Source: Candidatus Poribacteria bacterium (lineage in GTDB: Bacteria; Poribacteria; WGA-4E; WGA-3G). From it: a DNA stretch of 64,000 nt. The translations under genes were made by a program, and so were the position numbers. Below, piece by piece: positions 1 through 11,498 of this stretch; positions within the stretch are counted from its first letter, which is position 1; every line of letters starts with the position of its first letter. The DNA lies in the NCBI GenBank assembly GCA_012270795.1, contig JAAXHO010000131.1:14690-78689 (forward strand), written 5' to 3'. The notes below the pieces were generated by a model. It made no database searches. It was given only the letters and a program-made list of their open reading frames with translations, and had not been told where the DNA came from.

Positions 1-1393
<1,393 letters not shown>

Positions 1394-1415
1394 TCAGTAC
1401 TTCTCATCTTCTTTG

Positions 1416-1767
1416 TTAATATTTATGCAATATTAAACGTGACATTTTGTAAGATGATACTGTTTCAAGAAATTAATATTGCATTTATGGTGAAGTTTGA
1501 AAAGGAGTTTACATTTCTACAATTTACCTATTGGTTGTAAGGCGTGGAGGACGCAGAATGCGTGTGGAATCGCGGAAGGCACGGAGGACGCGGAAAACAC
1601 GGAAAAGACACCTGCATGAACATTTATCGCAAAGAATATGCCCGACCTATGATGAAGACGGGTAACGGTACAAACTGGCAGTTTATGCTACAGAAAAGAG
1701 ACATTATCCATTAGAAATGGTATTAATATTTATGCAATATTAAACGTGACATTTTGCAAGATGATAC
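1416..1767. repeat. 45-bp direct repeat (1416-1460 / 1723-1767) bracketing repeat-element debris
   Basis: TTAATATTTATGCAATATTAAACGTGACATTTTG(T/C)AAGATGATAC occurs twice with one mismatch. Confidence 0.9.
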
Positions 1768-1805
1768 CTATTGCGGGTATTTTTGCCGCGTCATCTGTAC
1801 ATTGG

Positions 1806-2609
1806 CTATAGTTTTTCTTTTTTTGTACTTACTTCAACAACCTTAGCGTGTTCGGATGTCTTCAATGTATATACTTCCATCAAAAATTTGTGGTAGTTGA
1901 TTGAACCTTTACCTTCCATCTTTTCTGCGATGGGTTTACCAATAGTTCGAGAAAGTTCCAATTGGCGTATTGCGGTAAGTTCTGCATGACGGTGGAAATA
2001 ATCAAGGATCAGATTCCATTCATGTTCTGTCACGAGCATCGGCTTTATCCAAGCTGCGTAAATCATCTCTTGGGTTGCAATGCTATTAGGTAAGGTGTTC
2101 TGACTTTCATTAGATCTCATGTTTCTCAGCTTAGTCTGAGTTGTTCTTACGACGAGTGTTCCCGCAGCCAAATCCCCCAGTCGTTGCCAATTTTGATTTA
2201 ACAACATCACCAATAATCCTGCTCCATAGCAAAAGGGCAAAAAATCCACAATCCGCATGAGGTTTCGGATGGCTGAGTCTGCGAAATTAATAGGGTACCC
2301 TCCCTCCTTTATCACCCGCAATCCGAGTGCGAGTTTTCCGGGTGATTGTCCATTTGTTGTCAGCTCAAAGACCATAAAGTACCCCCAGAATATGGCAAAG
2401 ATCACAATTCCACCGATCGCCCCCAACCAATTGCCGAAAAAGTCCCCAAGTTCTTCAATAAAGTTTTCATTCACGTAAGCCCCAATGATAACAATGAGAC
2501 CAAGTAATAGTGTATCAAGAAGGGCAGCGAAAAACCGAGAACCGATTCCTGCTATCTGATAATTGATGTTGATCTGTTCTGGGGTTTCTACTGATAGGTG
2601 GTCATTCAT
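1806..2609 (-). CDS. RDD family membrane protein
   Basis: VETPEQI..IAGIGSRFFAALLD, GQSPGK, IRNLMRIVD and QRLGDLAAGTLVV motifs. Confidence 0.9.
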   Translation of the reverse strand: MNDHLSVETPEQININYQIAGIGSRFFAALLDTLLLGLIVIIGAYVNENFIEELGDFFGNWLGAIGGIVIFAIFWGYFMVFELTTNGQSPGKLALGLRVIKEGGYPINFADSAIRNLMRIVDFLPFCYGAGLLVMLLNQNWQRLGDLAAGTLVVRTTQTKLRNMRSNESQNTLPNSIATQEMIYAAWIKPMLVTEHEWNLILDYFHRHAELTAIRQLELSRTIGKPIAEKMEGKGSINYHKFLMEVYTLKTSEHAKVVEVSTKKEKL

Positions 2610-2739
2610 TCTAATGTTGTTCCTATCGCGTCCAATCCTTTAGGTTGGGATCTGTCAATAATACTATCTTCGTTTGCATCTAACTTGTGTCATAATACCA
2701 AATTTTGATATATATTCATATCAAAATTTGGGTGTTTGT

Positions 2740-2870
2740 GTTCTGAATTGTGGAATTCACGGAAAAGATTGGTGCGATAAACCGTCTTGATTAGGATAAG
2801 GTTTATTCTTAGCAATGAATCTTGTGGTAGCGGTTTTTTCTGCGTATTCAGGGGTATTTGGGGAGGAGGG
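2740..2870. repeat. Dispersed ~130-200 bp repeat family (related copies near 1540-1670, 9495-9660, 19050-19260, 44415-44490)
   Basis: Reverse complement matches 19100-19200 (CCGCTACC...ATAAAC.TTATCCTAATCAAGACGG.TTATCG). Copies carry CCGCG/CGCGG-rich arms. Boundaries are approximate. Confidence 0.7.
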
Positions 2871-3013
2871 GGTTTTGTATTACTTGACACTTGTCTAATC
2901 TATATGATAACCTATTTAAACGCTGTACGAAGAAGAAATTTTTATTATAGGATCTGATTTTTTGATTGTGTGCTTCGCTGGTGTTGGTGCACAAATAGTA
3001 TTGATAACATTAT

Positions 3014-3955
3014 ATGTCTTCCGAATTTATTGAGAAAAAAAGACAGAGCTGGAATGAATTAGAGGAGTTGCTGAAAAAATCTCGACATGCGAATGCTAAG
3101 GATCTCAATAGACTGGGGTATTTGTATAATCGTATTACCTCTGATTTAGCAGTAGCGCGTCGTGATTTTCCACAGGATTCCTGTGTCAGATACTTGAATG
3201 ATTTGGCATCCAGGGCACACTCCACGATATACCAAACCTCTCCTTTGAAACGTGGTTCATTTTTGGCGTTTCTACGTTTCGGTTTTCCCGCCATATTCCG
3301 CGAGAATTTTTATTTTATTGGTGCTGCGTTTCTGATGTTTGCAGTTGCATTTGCAGGTGCATACATAAGTGCGTTGAGAACCCCCGAATTTGCTGTAAAT
3401 CTTGTCCCTGATGAAGTCGTATCGCATATTGAGGAGTTGGGGGGAGGGAGATGGAACACGACCTCTGCTGCAAACAGAAATCTTTTTGCGTCTTTTGTGA
3501 TGACGAACAATATACGCGTTGCGTTCCTCGCTTTTGCGGGGGGTATTATGTTTATGTTCGGGAGTGTCTATATTTTGGTGTATAATGGTCTACTTATTGG
3601 TGCCATTGCAGGATTGTGTCATGTAAATGGGGTTGCCTTAGAACTGTGGTCATTTATGTCTCCACATGGTTACATAGAATTGACGACAATTTATATATCT
3701 GGTGGTGCGGGTATGAAATTAGGGTATTCACTCATTTCCTCAACAACATTGACTCGAAAGAGAACATTAGTAAATGCTGCGAAAACTGCGATTAAGTTAC
3801 TCGGTGGGTGTGTTATTCTACTTGTCATAGCTGGAATCATTGAAGGATTTATATCACCCTCTACGTTAGCAAATGGAGTCAAAATAGGTTTTGGGATGTT
3901 GACTGGTATTTTGCTTTTTACCTACCTTTTTGGCATGAGATCTCATCAAGAATGA
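3014..3955 (+). CDS. Stage II sporulation protein M (DUF95) family membrane protein
   Basis: Y.R..SDLA.AR..P...YLN.L..RAH N-terminus, NNIRVAF, PHGYIELT and AGIIEGFISP. Confidence 0.9.
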   Translation: MSSEFIEKKRQSWNELEELLKKSRHANAKDLNRLGYLYNRITSDLAVARRDFPQDSCVRYLNDLASRAHSTIYQTSPLKRGSFLAFLRFGFPAIFRENFYFIGAAFLMFAVAFAGAYISALRTPEFAVNLVPDEVVSHIEELGGGRWNTTSAANRNLFASFVMTNNIRVAFLAFAGGIMFMFGSVYILVYNGLLIGAIAGLCHVNGVALELWSFMSPHGYIELTTIYISGGAGMKLGYSLISSTTLTRKRTLVNAAKTAIKLLGGCVILLVIAGIIEGFISPSTLANGVKIGFGMLTGILLFTYLFGMRSHQE

Positions 3956-3986
3956 TTTGCATTTATTTATAATTTTTCTGAAGCTG

Positions 3987-5342
3987 CTATATTTTTGATT
4001 TTGCTTTGAGTTCTAAGTATTTATTCACGACAGACATAGTCAGTTGATGTGCTGGAACATCAATGGTAATAACGCCTCGGCGGCGCAGGATTTCTAAGGT
4101 TGTGTGTTTTTCTTGCAACATTCGTTCTGCAATTGCTTTTTGATAGACAGACTTAGAATTGGAAATATTCTGTTCAGTTAATTCGACGATTCCTGAGTCT
4201 GTCAAAGTAACACAGATCACAAGGTGATGTTTGGAATATTGTGAGACATAAGTTGCTATGCCTTCAGCAGAATCTTTGTCAAGTATGTCTGTAAAGAGTA
4301 TAATGAGTGCTCTTTTTTGTTGTTTTGAGGCGAGATATGAGAAGGCTGCTTCAAAGTCAGGTTCTACGGGATGAACCTGCAGTGCGAATATCGTTTCTAA
4401 CATTGTAAGGAACTGCTTTTTTCCGGGTTTTGGTGATAGGTGTTGATGAACGGTATCTGAAAATGCTATCATACCAACCTTATCTCCTTTCAACATTGAA
4501 ACGTAAGCTGCCATAAGTGTTGTGTTGATGGCGTAATCTAATTTTTGCATGGTTTTTTGTGATACGGTAACTGTATCTATTGTATTGGATGAATCTAAAA
4601 GGATAGGAGATGCCATTAGTCGTGCTGTATCTAACATTATTACAACATCTTGGCTTCTTTCCGTTTCAAATTCTCTGACAATTGGTTTTTGGTGTCGTGC
4701 AGTTGCTTTCCAATCAATCCGTCGAAAGTCGTCATCGGGTAGATATTCCCGTAATCTTTCCATTTCTGTGCCTTCTCCGAATAGACGTGAATTCTTAATT
4801 CCTAAACGATGCAGCATGCCTCGTTTCACCAAAAGTTCGTACTGATGCACTGCTTGCAGGTTCGGATATACCTTTATCTCTGTTTGAGCAGGAAATTTAT
4901 ATTGTCTTACAACTAAACCTAAGACTCCCCAACACCGAACATGTATATCTCTAAAATGATAAATACCTCTCCGTAATGGTGTTAAGTGGTAAAATATATT
5001 CTCATGTTGTGAACTTGGAACTTGTAAGTCATGTATAACATCATTATACAGAAATTCAGATGGATAATCGTCCTTCACACGTAATTTTAATTGGTAGGGT
5101 GTATGGTTTGTTATGCGTAATGTCACAAGGTTTTTTACGCCTAATGAAAATTTATTATTCATTATTCTGCTGACTTGAACACTTTTCATCGATGGGTTTG
5201 TTACATAATCAATGATACCGACGACAATTAGCAGCAACAGATAAGCACCACCAACATATAACAGACTTGGTAAGATAGTGTAGAGTGCAATTGTAATGGA
5301 AATAGGTAAGAGAAAAAGAAGGAATCGTTTGCTGATATGCAT
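3987..5342 (-). CDS. DUF58 domain protein (vWA-like MoxR partner)
   Basis: VYPNL, GTEMERLREY.PDDDFRRIDWKATAR, LDTARLM and LFTD. Confidence 0.9.
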   Translation of the reverse strand: MHISKRFLLFLLPISITIALYTILPSLLYVGGAYLLLLIVVGIIDYVTNPSMKSVQVSRIMNNKFSLGVKNLVTLRITNHTPYQLKLRVKDDYPSEFLYNDVIHDLQVPSSQHENIFYHLTPLRRGIYHFRDIHVRCWGVLGLVVRQYKFPAQTEIKVYPNLQAVHQYELLVKRGMLHRLGIKNSRLFGEGTEMERLREYLPDDDFRRIDWKATARHQKPIVREFETERSQDVVIMLDTARLMASPILLDSSNTIDTVTVSQKTMQKLDYAINTTLMAAYVSMLKGDKVGMIAFSDTVHQHLSPKPGKKQFLTMLETIFALQVHPVEPDFEAAFSYLASKQQKRALIILFTDILDKDSAEGIATYVSQYSKHHLVICVTLTDSGIVELTEQNISNSKSVYQKAIAERMLQEKHTTLEILRRRGVITIDVPAHQLTMSVVNKYLELKAKSKI

Positions 5343-5349
5343 TTTTGTT

Positions 5350-6303
5350 TTATCTTGGTATTTCTATTTCCGCAAGTAGTCTATCAATCACATCGTCTGC
5401 GGTCAAACCTTCTATTTCTGCTTCAGGTTTTAATAAGATACGATGGCGATAGACGTGGGGTGCTAAGTATTTCACATCATCAGGTATGATATAATCTCGT
5501 CCTTGTACCGCAGCATAGGTTTTGCTTGTTAATAACAATGCAATTGATGCGCGTGGACTTCCGCCTAATACCAATTCGTGAGATGTGCGTGATGCATCTG
5601 CTAATCTGACAATGTAGTTTAGGATTGATTCCTCTACCGTAATTGACCGGATGACTTCTTGACACTGGGAAAGGGCTTCGCTGTTAATTACGTTTTCAAT
5701 GCCGACCTCGTCTAAACGCGTTGCATTAAATCCTTTGTGGTAATTCATTAGGATTTGCGTTTCTACATCTGTCCCCGGATAATCTATAAGGAGTTTGAAC
5801 ATAAATCTGTCTAGTTGTGCTTCTGGAAGTGGATATGTTCCCTCATATTCGACAGGATTTTGTGTGGCTAATACAATGAATGGTAGTGTGAGTTGATGGC
5901 GGATGCCGTCAATGCTAACTTGCTGTTCCTCCATACATTCCAGGAGTGCGGATTGTGTTTTTGCTGGTGAACGGTTGATTTCATCAGCAAGCAGTACATT
6001 TGTAAAAACGGGACCGTGCTTCAAGTTGAACTGATTTGTTGCCAAGTCATAGACGCTTGTTCCGACAATATCAGATGGCATGAGGTCTGGTGTGAATTGA
6101 ATACGGCTAAACTTACCTGAAACAATCATGGCTAATGTCTTAGCGATTAGGGTTTTGGCAGTGCCTGGAACACCTTCTAATAGGACATGTCCTCCTGAAA
6201 ATAGGCTGACGACAACGAGTTCAAAGATTTCTGTTTGGCCGACGATAACTTTTTGTGCTTCTTGTTTTATTCTTTCAAAAACTGTTTGTACTAAGTTTTC
6301 CAT
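5350..6303 (-). CDS. moxR: MoxR family AAA+ ATPase
   Basis: [52 protein letters not shown] and SPRA. Confidence 0.95.
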   Translation of the reverse strand: MENLVQTVFERIKQEAQKVIVGQTEIFELVVVSLFSGGHVLLEGVPGTAKTLIAKTLAMIVSGKFSRIQFTPDLMPSDIVGTSVYDLATNQFNLKHGPVFTNVLLADEINRSPAKTQSALLECMEEQQVSIDGIRHQLTLPFIVLATQNPVEYEGTYPLPEAQLDRFMFKLLIDYPGTDVETQILMNYHKGFNATRLDEVGIENVINSEALSQCQEVIRSITVEESILNYIVRLADASRTSHELVLGGSPRASIALLLTSKTYAAVQGRDYIIPDDVKYLAPHVYRHRILLKPEAEIEGLTADDVIDRLLAEIEIPR

Positions 6304-6322
6304 AATTTTTTAATAACCCATT

Positions 6323-6474
6323 TATGGTAGATTATACAATTAATTCTATATTTTGAGTTGTAGGAGCGACCTTTGGTCGCGACCGGGGTCCGTTCCTACA
6401 GAAGAGCCCGCACGGTCGCGACCAAAGGTCGCTCCTACAGAAGATGTGTATAATTATTTCAATAATTCACCATA
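6323..6474. mobile_element. MITE-like element with TATGGT(A/G)GATTAT ends carrying GTAGGAGCGACC REP hairpins
   Basis: Imperfect terminal IR TATGGTAGATTAT / ATAATTCACCATA. Close copy at 35068-35207, truncated copy at 27356-27423, left end also near 33674. Confidence 0.75.
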
Positions 6475-6501
6475 GATTAGTTGTGTATTATACTTATTCT
6501 T

Positions 6502-6637
6502 TGTCTGAACCAGGATTTGCAGGATTATCGGATTACCAGGATTACCTCATCAAGGATTATTGATGCGCTTTGATGTCAACTTTGGGAATGAACATGTTGA
6601 GGTAAATCCTCAAAATCTGAAAATCCTGGTTCAGACA
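6502..6637. mobile_element. MITE-like element, TGTCTGAACCAGGATTT family
   Basis: 17-bp perfect terminal IR with internal CAGGATTT subrepeats. Other copies at 13363-13508, 19947-20187, 42294-42430 and 44488-44633. Confidence 0.85.
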
Positions 6638-6671
6638 TAGAAGTTGATTCTGGTACACAACCGACTACTTT

Positions 6672-7784
6672 TCAACGCATGTTAGTATTCGCGCGGTATG
6701 TTTCAACGCGTTTTGCGATTTCAATTAGTTGGGTTTCAGATATATCCCCGACTGGTTCTAAGTCTCTTATAAGGTTTGTAAGTTCTGTGTCTTTATCAAC
6801 GAGGCCGCGCAGCGTCAATTCTTCCATAAACGCAGACGTATCCAAATTTGGGTTGACACGCCAACGTCTCCCTAAGTCGGATCTGAATTTTTCTTGTATG
6901 TGTCGTAAAATATCCTTGCGTGTGTTCCCCTTCTGATATAAAGCTGTCATTGCATGGACATATTCTGAGCTCAATCGTCTATTCTTTTCTCTGATATTCA
7001 ATGGTTCTCCGAATCTTCTGCCTCTAAGTGTCATGAAAACGAACAGGATCAGACAAATATAAACTGCAGCTAACCCCCAAGAAGTTTTGAAGACAAAGCT
7101 TATAAAGGTATTGTCCCGATTTTTATTTATTGTGTAATAATTTCCTTCTGCCAGTCCGATGCGTGCTCTGGTGGGGAATGTAGACATTATGTTGTAAAAC
7201 AGTCTCGCGTTTTCATTATGTCTTAATCCGTTTTCATTAAATAGATAGTCTGATGTTGTGAGATATACTCGTCCATCCCCATCTTTTAGAGTTGCCACGA
7301 CAGCTTGATTTCCTGCACCGTATAGGTTCGCCATATCTCGTTGATTGTTTTGAAGTGTAAAATATGCACGTGGCTGTATTCTGTTGACGGCGTTTAAAGG
7401 GAAAAACGGTTCATCTTCATTTCTATATGCATCATCCAATCTATTTGATAGGCTCTTCAATTTTAATCCGTAAACATCGGCAAATATTTCCATCATTTTA
7501 TGATATCCGCCACTAACAATTAGACTGCCACCTTTCTTAACGAAGTTCTGTATATCCTTAATTTCATTTTCAGTTGGTAGTTTAGTAAGTTCCTGAAGGA
7601 ATAGCACATCATAGTTCTTCAATCGAGAAGGAATTTGTTCAGAAATTAGCGTCACCCGAAATTTTAATTTGCGCATGATGTTGTATAAGACGCTCCCTTC
7701 AACATAAGAATCACACGAATAAAGGGCACATAAGAGTATCAAAAAGATATAGAAAGAAAAAGATAATCTGTGAATTTGCAGCAT
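6672..7784 (-). CDS. DUF4350-like membrane protein of the MoxR cluster
   Basis: FV..GG.LI segment, G.GRV, LFNE.GL....NARLF, TM helix followed by RGRRFGEP and EYV.AM..LY. Confidence 0.75.
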   Translation of the reverse strand: MLQIHRLSFSFYIFLILLCALYSCDSYVEGSVLYNIMRKLKFRVTLISEQIPSRLKNYDVLFLQELTKLPTENEIKDIQNFVKKGGSLIVSGGYHKMMEIFADVYGLKLKSLSNRLDDAYRNEDEPFFPLNAVNRIQPRAYFTLQNNQRDMANLYGAGNQAVVATLKDGDGRVYLTTSDYLFNENGLRHNENARLFYNIMSTFPTRARIGLAEGNYYTINKNRDNTFISFVFKTSWGLAAVYICLILFVFMTLRGRRFGEPLNIREKNRRLSSEYVHAMTALYQKGNTRKDILRHIQEKFRSDLGRRWRVNPNLDTSAFMEELTLRGLVDKDTELTNLIRDLEPVGDISETQLIEIAKRVETYRANTNMR

Positions 7785-7833
7785 TGTTCTTGTCTTTCAA
7801 AGCTTCATCGTAAATATAAGAAATTTTGAAATA

Positions 7834-8472
7834 TCAACCTTTTACGTGAATCTTTTGCAATAGATCTCTATAGTTTGCGATAGTATCAGCATCACATGAT
7901 TTGTGTCCGTACCATACATCATCAAAGACAGTTACTGCTGATCCGAGTGTTTCCTGAAGGTTATTATCTACTTGTGCGTGCTGTAGATATTCGCGATTTG
8001 TCATGCTTTTGTCATAAGGAAGGATTCCGCGTTCTTGCAGGTTTAAAATTGCGGATAGATAGAGATAACGGAGTGCTTCGCGGAAGTCATTTGAAACCTC
8101 AGCAGTATCTGCGTTTGCCAGTGCTGCCTTCGCTGTCGTTACCTGTTCGTCTACAATTTCGGCTTCCTTATCATGTACCTCACTGATTATGTTCAACCGT
8201 ATCTGTCTAATAAAGTAGATAAGTATGATGGTAATTGCTATAACTCCCAGAGGGAATAGTATGTATTTTAGTTGAATATGTCTTACAGGTTTGGGGTTTA
8301 GCAGTTTATCTAATTCGGTTTGATATTCTCTATATGATATTTTGGCTTCCGATTGGTTCCTCTCCAATTCATCACGAAATACTTGGACTTCTGATGCTAA
8401 TACTGTTTGCAAAGTGAGACTAACTATTGTCATGAAGATAAAGGAACTCATGCAGGTTTTTATTGTGTTCAT
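7834..8472 (-). CDS. DUF4129 domain protein
   Basis: C-terminal FREALRYLYL..L...G......TNREY...FDDVWYG. Confidence 0.8.
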   Translation of the reverse strand: MNTIKTCMSSFIFMTIVSLTLQTVLASEVQVFRDELERNQSEAKISYREYQTELDKLLNPKPVRHIQLKYILFPLGVIAITIILIYFIRQIRLNIISEVHDKEAEIVDEQVTTAKAALANADTAEVSNDFREALRYLYLSAILNLQERGILPYDKSMTNREYLQHAQVDNNLQETLGSAVTVFDDVWYGHKSCDADTIANYRDLLQKIHVKG

Positions 8473-8477
8473 GCTTC

Positions 8478-9392
8478 TTATTGGAGATTTTGCATTTGGT
8501 CAACGGGGGTTGTAGCTTGCATTTCAAGATCGTAAGCTTCTTTACGAATTCGCATGTCAAAGTATAGAAGTGTGTAACCGATTGATAGGATCGGCATTGC
8601 TAACGCCTCAATGCTTGTGGTAATAAATGACCAAAACAGATATATTCCCCATCCGATTACGTGCGGCGTAGGTTCAATCATGAAAAGAATAGTTTCAAGG
8701 GTTGAAGCAGTATCAAAAAACGCGTCGGTTCCTGGAATTAAAAAGAATATAATGGAAACTGAAATTATGAGAATAATGTATATTATAAAATAGATCAGGA
8801 AAATGGCGAGGGTTATACCAAACACACGCGCCCAACTTCCCTTGACTAATTCAGAACTCCGCCGCAATGAAATCAATGCCGATGATTCCTCTAACAGAAT
8901 TGGCTGCGTATACAAGCTCCAACGAACTAAAAAGTAGATCCCAAATGGAATACCTATGATTGTAAGCGACAGACCGCCGCAAACCAAACCATATATAAAA
9001 AATGCACCGAGGAGTGTTAAATAACGACGCAACGATTGTTGCACGGCTGCGGTTGCGGATATATTCTTACCTAAAAACACATGTGCAGTCGCATATAATA
9101 AAGTACCTGTGATAAAAAGTCCTAACAACGTCACAAACACCATATTCATCATATTCAGAAAGTCTTGTGAACCCAGATATTCATTTGCTAAAGTTACAGA
9201 AACCCAATTTCTTATAACGTCAAACCCGTAGGATATGGCAAAATAAACGGTGGCGATCATGAAAAATAGGCGGAAGTGTTTCCGATAGAGTGAGAACATT
9301 CCATCTAATATTTCTGTGAAACTCAAGGGTTGTAAAGGCGGTAAGGGGTCTTGCGTATCTTTTTCTGGAACTATACTATTTTGTGCTTGCAT
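8478..9392 (-). CDS. Integral membrane protein of the MoxR/DUF4129 cluster
   Basis: LQPLSFTEILDG.F.LYR..F, SLRRS.ELVKG.W.R and LLYFDMRIRKEAYDLE. Confidence 0.8.
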   Translation of the reverse strand: MQAQNSIVPEKDTQDPLPPLQPLSFTEILDGMFSLYRKHFRLFFMIATVYFAISYGFDVIRNWVSVTLANEYLGSQDFLNMMNMVFVTLLGLFITGTLLYATAHVFLGKNISATAAVQQSLRRYLTLLGAFFIYGLVCGGLSLTIIGIPFGIYFLVRWSLYTQPILLEESSALISLRRSSELVKGSWARVFGITLAIFLIYFIIYIILIISVSIIFFLIPGTDAFFDTASTLETILFMIEPTPHVIGWGIYLFWSFITTSIEALAMPILSIGYTLLYFDMRIRKEAYDLEMQATTPVDQMQNLQ

Positions 9393-9741
9393 GTTTTCCT
9401 GACCTAAGTGTGTGATTTGTATATGCCATTAGTTTATCTGATTTGGTGTTTTATTGCAAGGGGTGTGTAAAGTATATATCACCCTTTTTGTCAGAATCAC
9501 GGAATGCGCGGAGAAGATTGTTGCTTCATGATTTTTTGCTAAGAATAACCCTTCATTATCCTTATCAAGTCGTTTTATTGTGGGTGTCTTTTCCGTGTAT
9601 TCCGTGAAATCCGCGCTTTCCGCGATTCTGAACCCAGATCCGCAAAACCCGACAATTGAATGCTTATGGTGGTGAATGGGTGTGATTTAGCTATATACAT
9701 ATTCTATATAAGAGAGGTTTTTTCAGAAACGGTGTTACATG

Positions 9742-9765
9742 AAAAAAAGGCGGAGCAACTCCGCC
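9742..9765 (-). terminator. Intrinsic terminator downstream of the aldehyde dehydrogenase
   Basis: On the minus strand, GGCGGAG-TTG-CTCCGCC is followed by T7. Confidence 0.8.
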
Positions 9766-9825
9766 AATGTAATCCTAATATCCTATTTGAAACGACACAA
9801 ACTGGTCGTGAAAAACCTATTTCCG

Positions 9826-11250
9826 TCACAATGTGTGTGCAGAAAGGTTGTTAGCGATGGTGAGTCTTCTTTGGCGTGTAAAGGTTCGGGGGCGGGTGTA
9901 TCCTTCGCCAGTCGGGCCGGCGATAGTCATTGCTAAGAAGCCTTCACCTTCCAGTCCACAACTTGCATAAGAAGGTGCATTCACGACGACAACGGAACAG
10001 TTCATCGCCTTGTTGTATTGCGTGATGCGTGCGGTGTTATTCGTGTGTAGCATTGCGGTGTGTCCACGGCCACCGTCTGCGGCGACAGCACCCTTGACCG
10101 CTTCATCAAAATCACGCACACGCGCGACTGGCAATATCGGCATAAGATATTCGTTTATTACAAAGCCATGATCCGCGGGAACTTCCACGACAATAGCGAC
10201 CGTCTGTGCGGGTGCTGAAATCCCAGCTGCTTCTAAGATAGTTTTCGCATCTTTACCGATGTATTCCTTGTTTGCCTCTCCATTCTGGGTGACGACAGTC
10301 TCAAGTGCTTCGCGTTGACTGGCACTGAGAAGATGTCCACCGTTTTGTGTCAATTCACGGATAGTATCGTTAACGACAGATTCAACGACAAAAAGTGCCT
10401 TTTCACCGATACAAAGTAGGTTGTTGTCAAAACTTGTTCCTGCAATAACGTGCCTTGCGGCTTTTGGAATATCAGCAGTTTCGTCTATTATAGCAGGTGG
10501 GTTGCCCGGGCCCGCGGCGATTGCCTTCTTACCACTTGTCAATGCTGCTTTCACAACGCTTGCACCACCAGTCGCGACAAGCATCGCGATGTCGGGGTGT
10601 TCCATAATCTGTTTTGCTGTACGGAGTGAAGCGTTTTCAACGGAGGTAAGCAAGTTGGGGGGGCCTCCTGCCTTCACAATGCCTTCGTTGATGACATGCA
10701 TGGTTTCTTCCGTGCATTCACGTGCATTCGGGTGCGGACTAAACACGACGGCATTGCCAGCGGAAATCATAATAATTGCATGGTTTATCACTGTTGAAGT
10801 GGGATTAGTGGTGGGAGTAATAGAATTTATAAGACCAAACGGAACATATTCAATCAACAGCGTACCATCGTCACCGGACATTGATTCCGAGATAAGGTCT
10901 TCCATGCCAGGTGACAAGTTGACAGCACCTTCATTCTTCATCACCTTGTGTTCCGCATTGCCCATTTTTGTTTCTTGAACAGCCATCTCTGCAAGGGGTT
11001 TAGCGTTCTCAAGCGAGACCTTTTTTATTGCATCAATAAGTTCACGTCTTTTGGCAAATCCGAGTTTTGTGAGTGCTGCTTGTGCTGTTTTTGCTGCACT
11101 AATTGCCTCCTCGACGGAAGTGAAAACACCTGATCGCGAAGAAGTTGCCCCCGTTGTTGCAAGGGGTACTGCAACGTTTCCATCTTTTTCCAATGTTGTC
11201 AAGACTTGCGAAACAATTTGTTCGATCTGTTTCTCATCAATTTGTGGCAT
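9826..11250 (-). CDS. eutE: BMC-associated acylating aldehyde dehydrogenase (EutE/PduP-like) with N-terminal encapsulation peptide
   Basis: PTTNPTST, ATGG, AGPGNPP, SFDNNLLCIGEK (catalytic Cys) and TIAGPTGEG.T..RTF.R.RR. N-terminal amphipathic helix IDEKQIEQIVSQVLTTL followed by a linker. Confidence 0.9.
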   Translation of the reverse strand: MPQIDEKQIEQIVSQVLTTLEKDGNVAVPLATTGATSSRSGVFTSVEEAISAAKTAQAALTKLGFAKRRELIDAIKKVSLENAKPLAEMAVQETKMGNAEHKVMKNEGAVNLSPGMEDLISESMSGDDGTLLIEYVPFGLINSITPTTNPTSTVINHAIIMISAGNAVVFSPHPNARECTEETMHVINEGIVKAGGPPNLLTSVENASLRTAKQIMEHPDIAMLVATGGASVVKAALTSGKKAIAAGPGNPPAIIDETADIPKAARHVIAGTSFDNNLLCIGEKALFVVESVVNDTIRELTQNGGHLLSASQREALETVVTQNGEANKEYIGKDAKTILEAAGISAPAQTVAIVVEVPADHGFVINEYLMPILPVARVRDFDEAVKGAVAADGGRGHTAMLHTNNTARITQYNKAMNCSVVVVNAPSYASCGLEGEGFLAMTIAGPTGEGYTRPRTFTRQRRLTIANNLSAHTL

Positions 11251-11399
11251 TCAGCCCTCCAATATATATCAAGTAGGCATGTGCTGAAACTGCTGTAAAT
11301 CTGTCTGTATTATGTCGTCCAGTCCAATTTCTTGCACTTCAGCTTTGTCAAAATGTTCCACTGTATTGCTTCCTATTTGAAGATTTCATATCACTTCTA

Positions 11400-11498
11400 T
11401 CATTTCTTCTGACTTCCAATAAGGGATCGTAAAGCTTGGTTAACACTTGTGTCCGTTGGAAACGCAACAGCAACATCTGGTGCAAACCGGACGGTTCT
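11400..11498 (-). pseudogene. C-terminal remnant of a BrnA-like antitoxin
   Basis: In frame right after the stop of 11499-12170: RTVRFAPDVAVAFPTDTSVNQALRSLIGSQKK*. It resembles the 'PDVA..FP....VN.ALR.L' small antitoxin pattern and has no start codon. Confidence 0.5.

Noticed and set aside
2690-2890. Similar short ORFs at 2690-2890 and 19004-19267 (also 14769-14969 and 15122-15427) as a small-protein family
   Set aside because: The similarity comes from dispersed non-coding repeats. Starts, stops and frames are not conserved.
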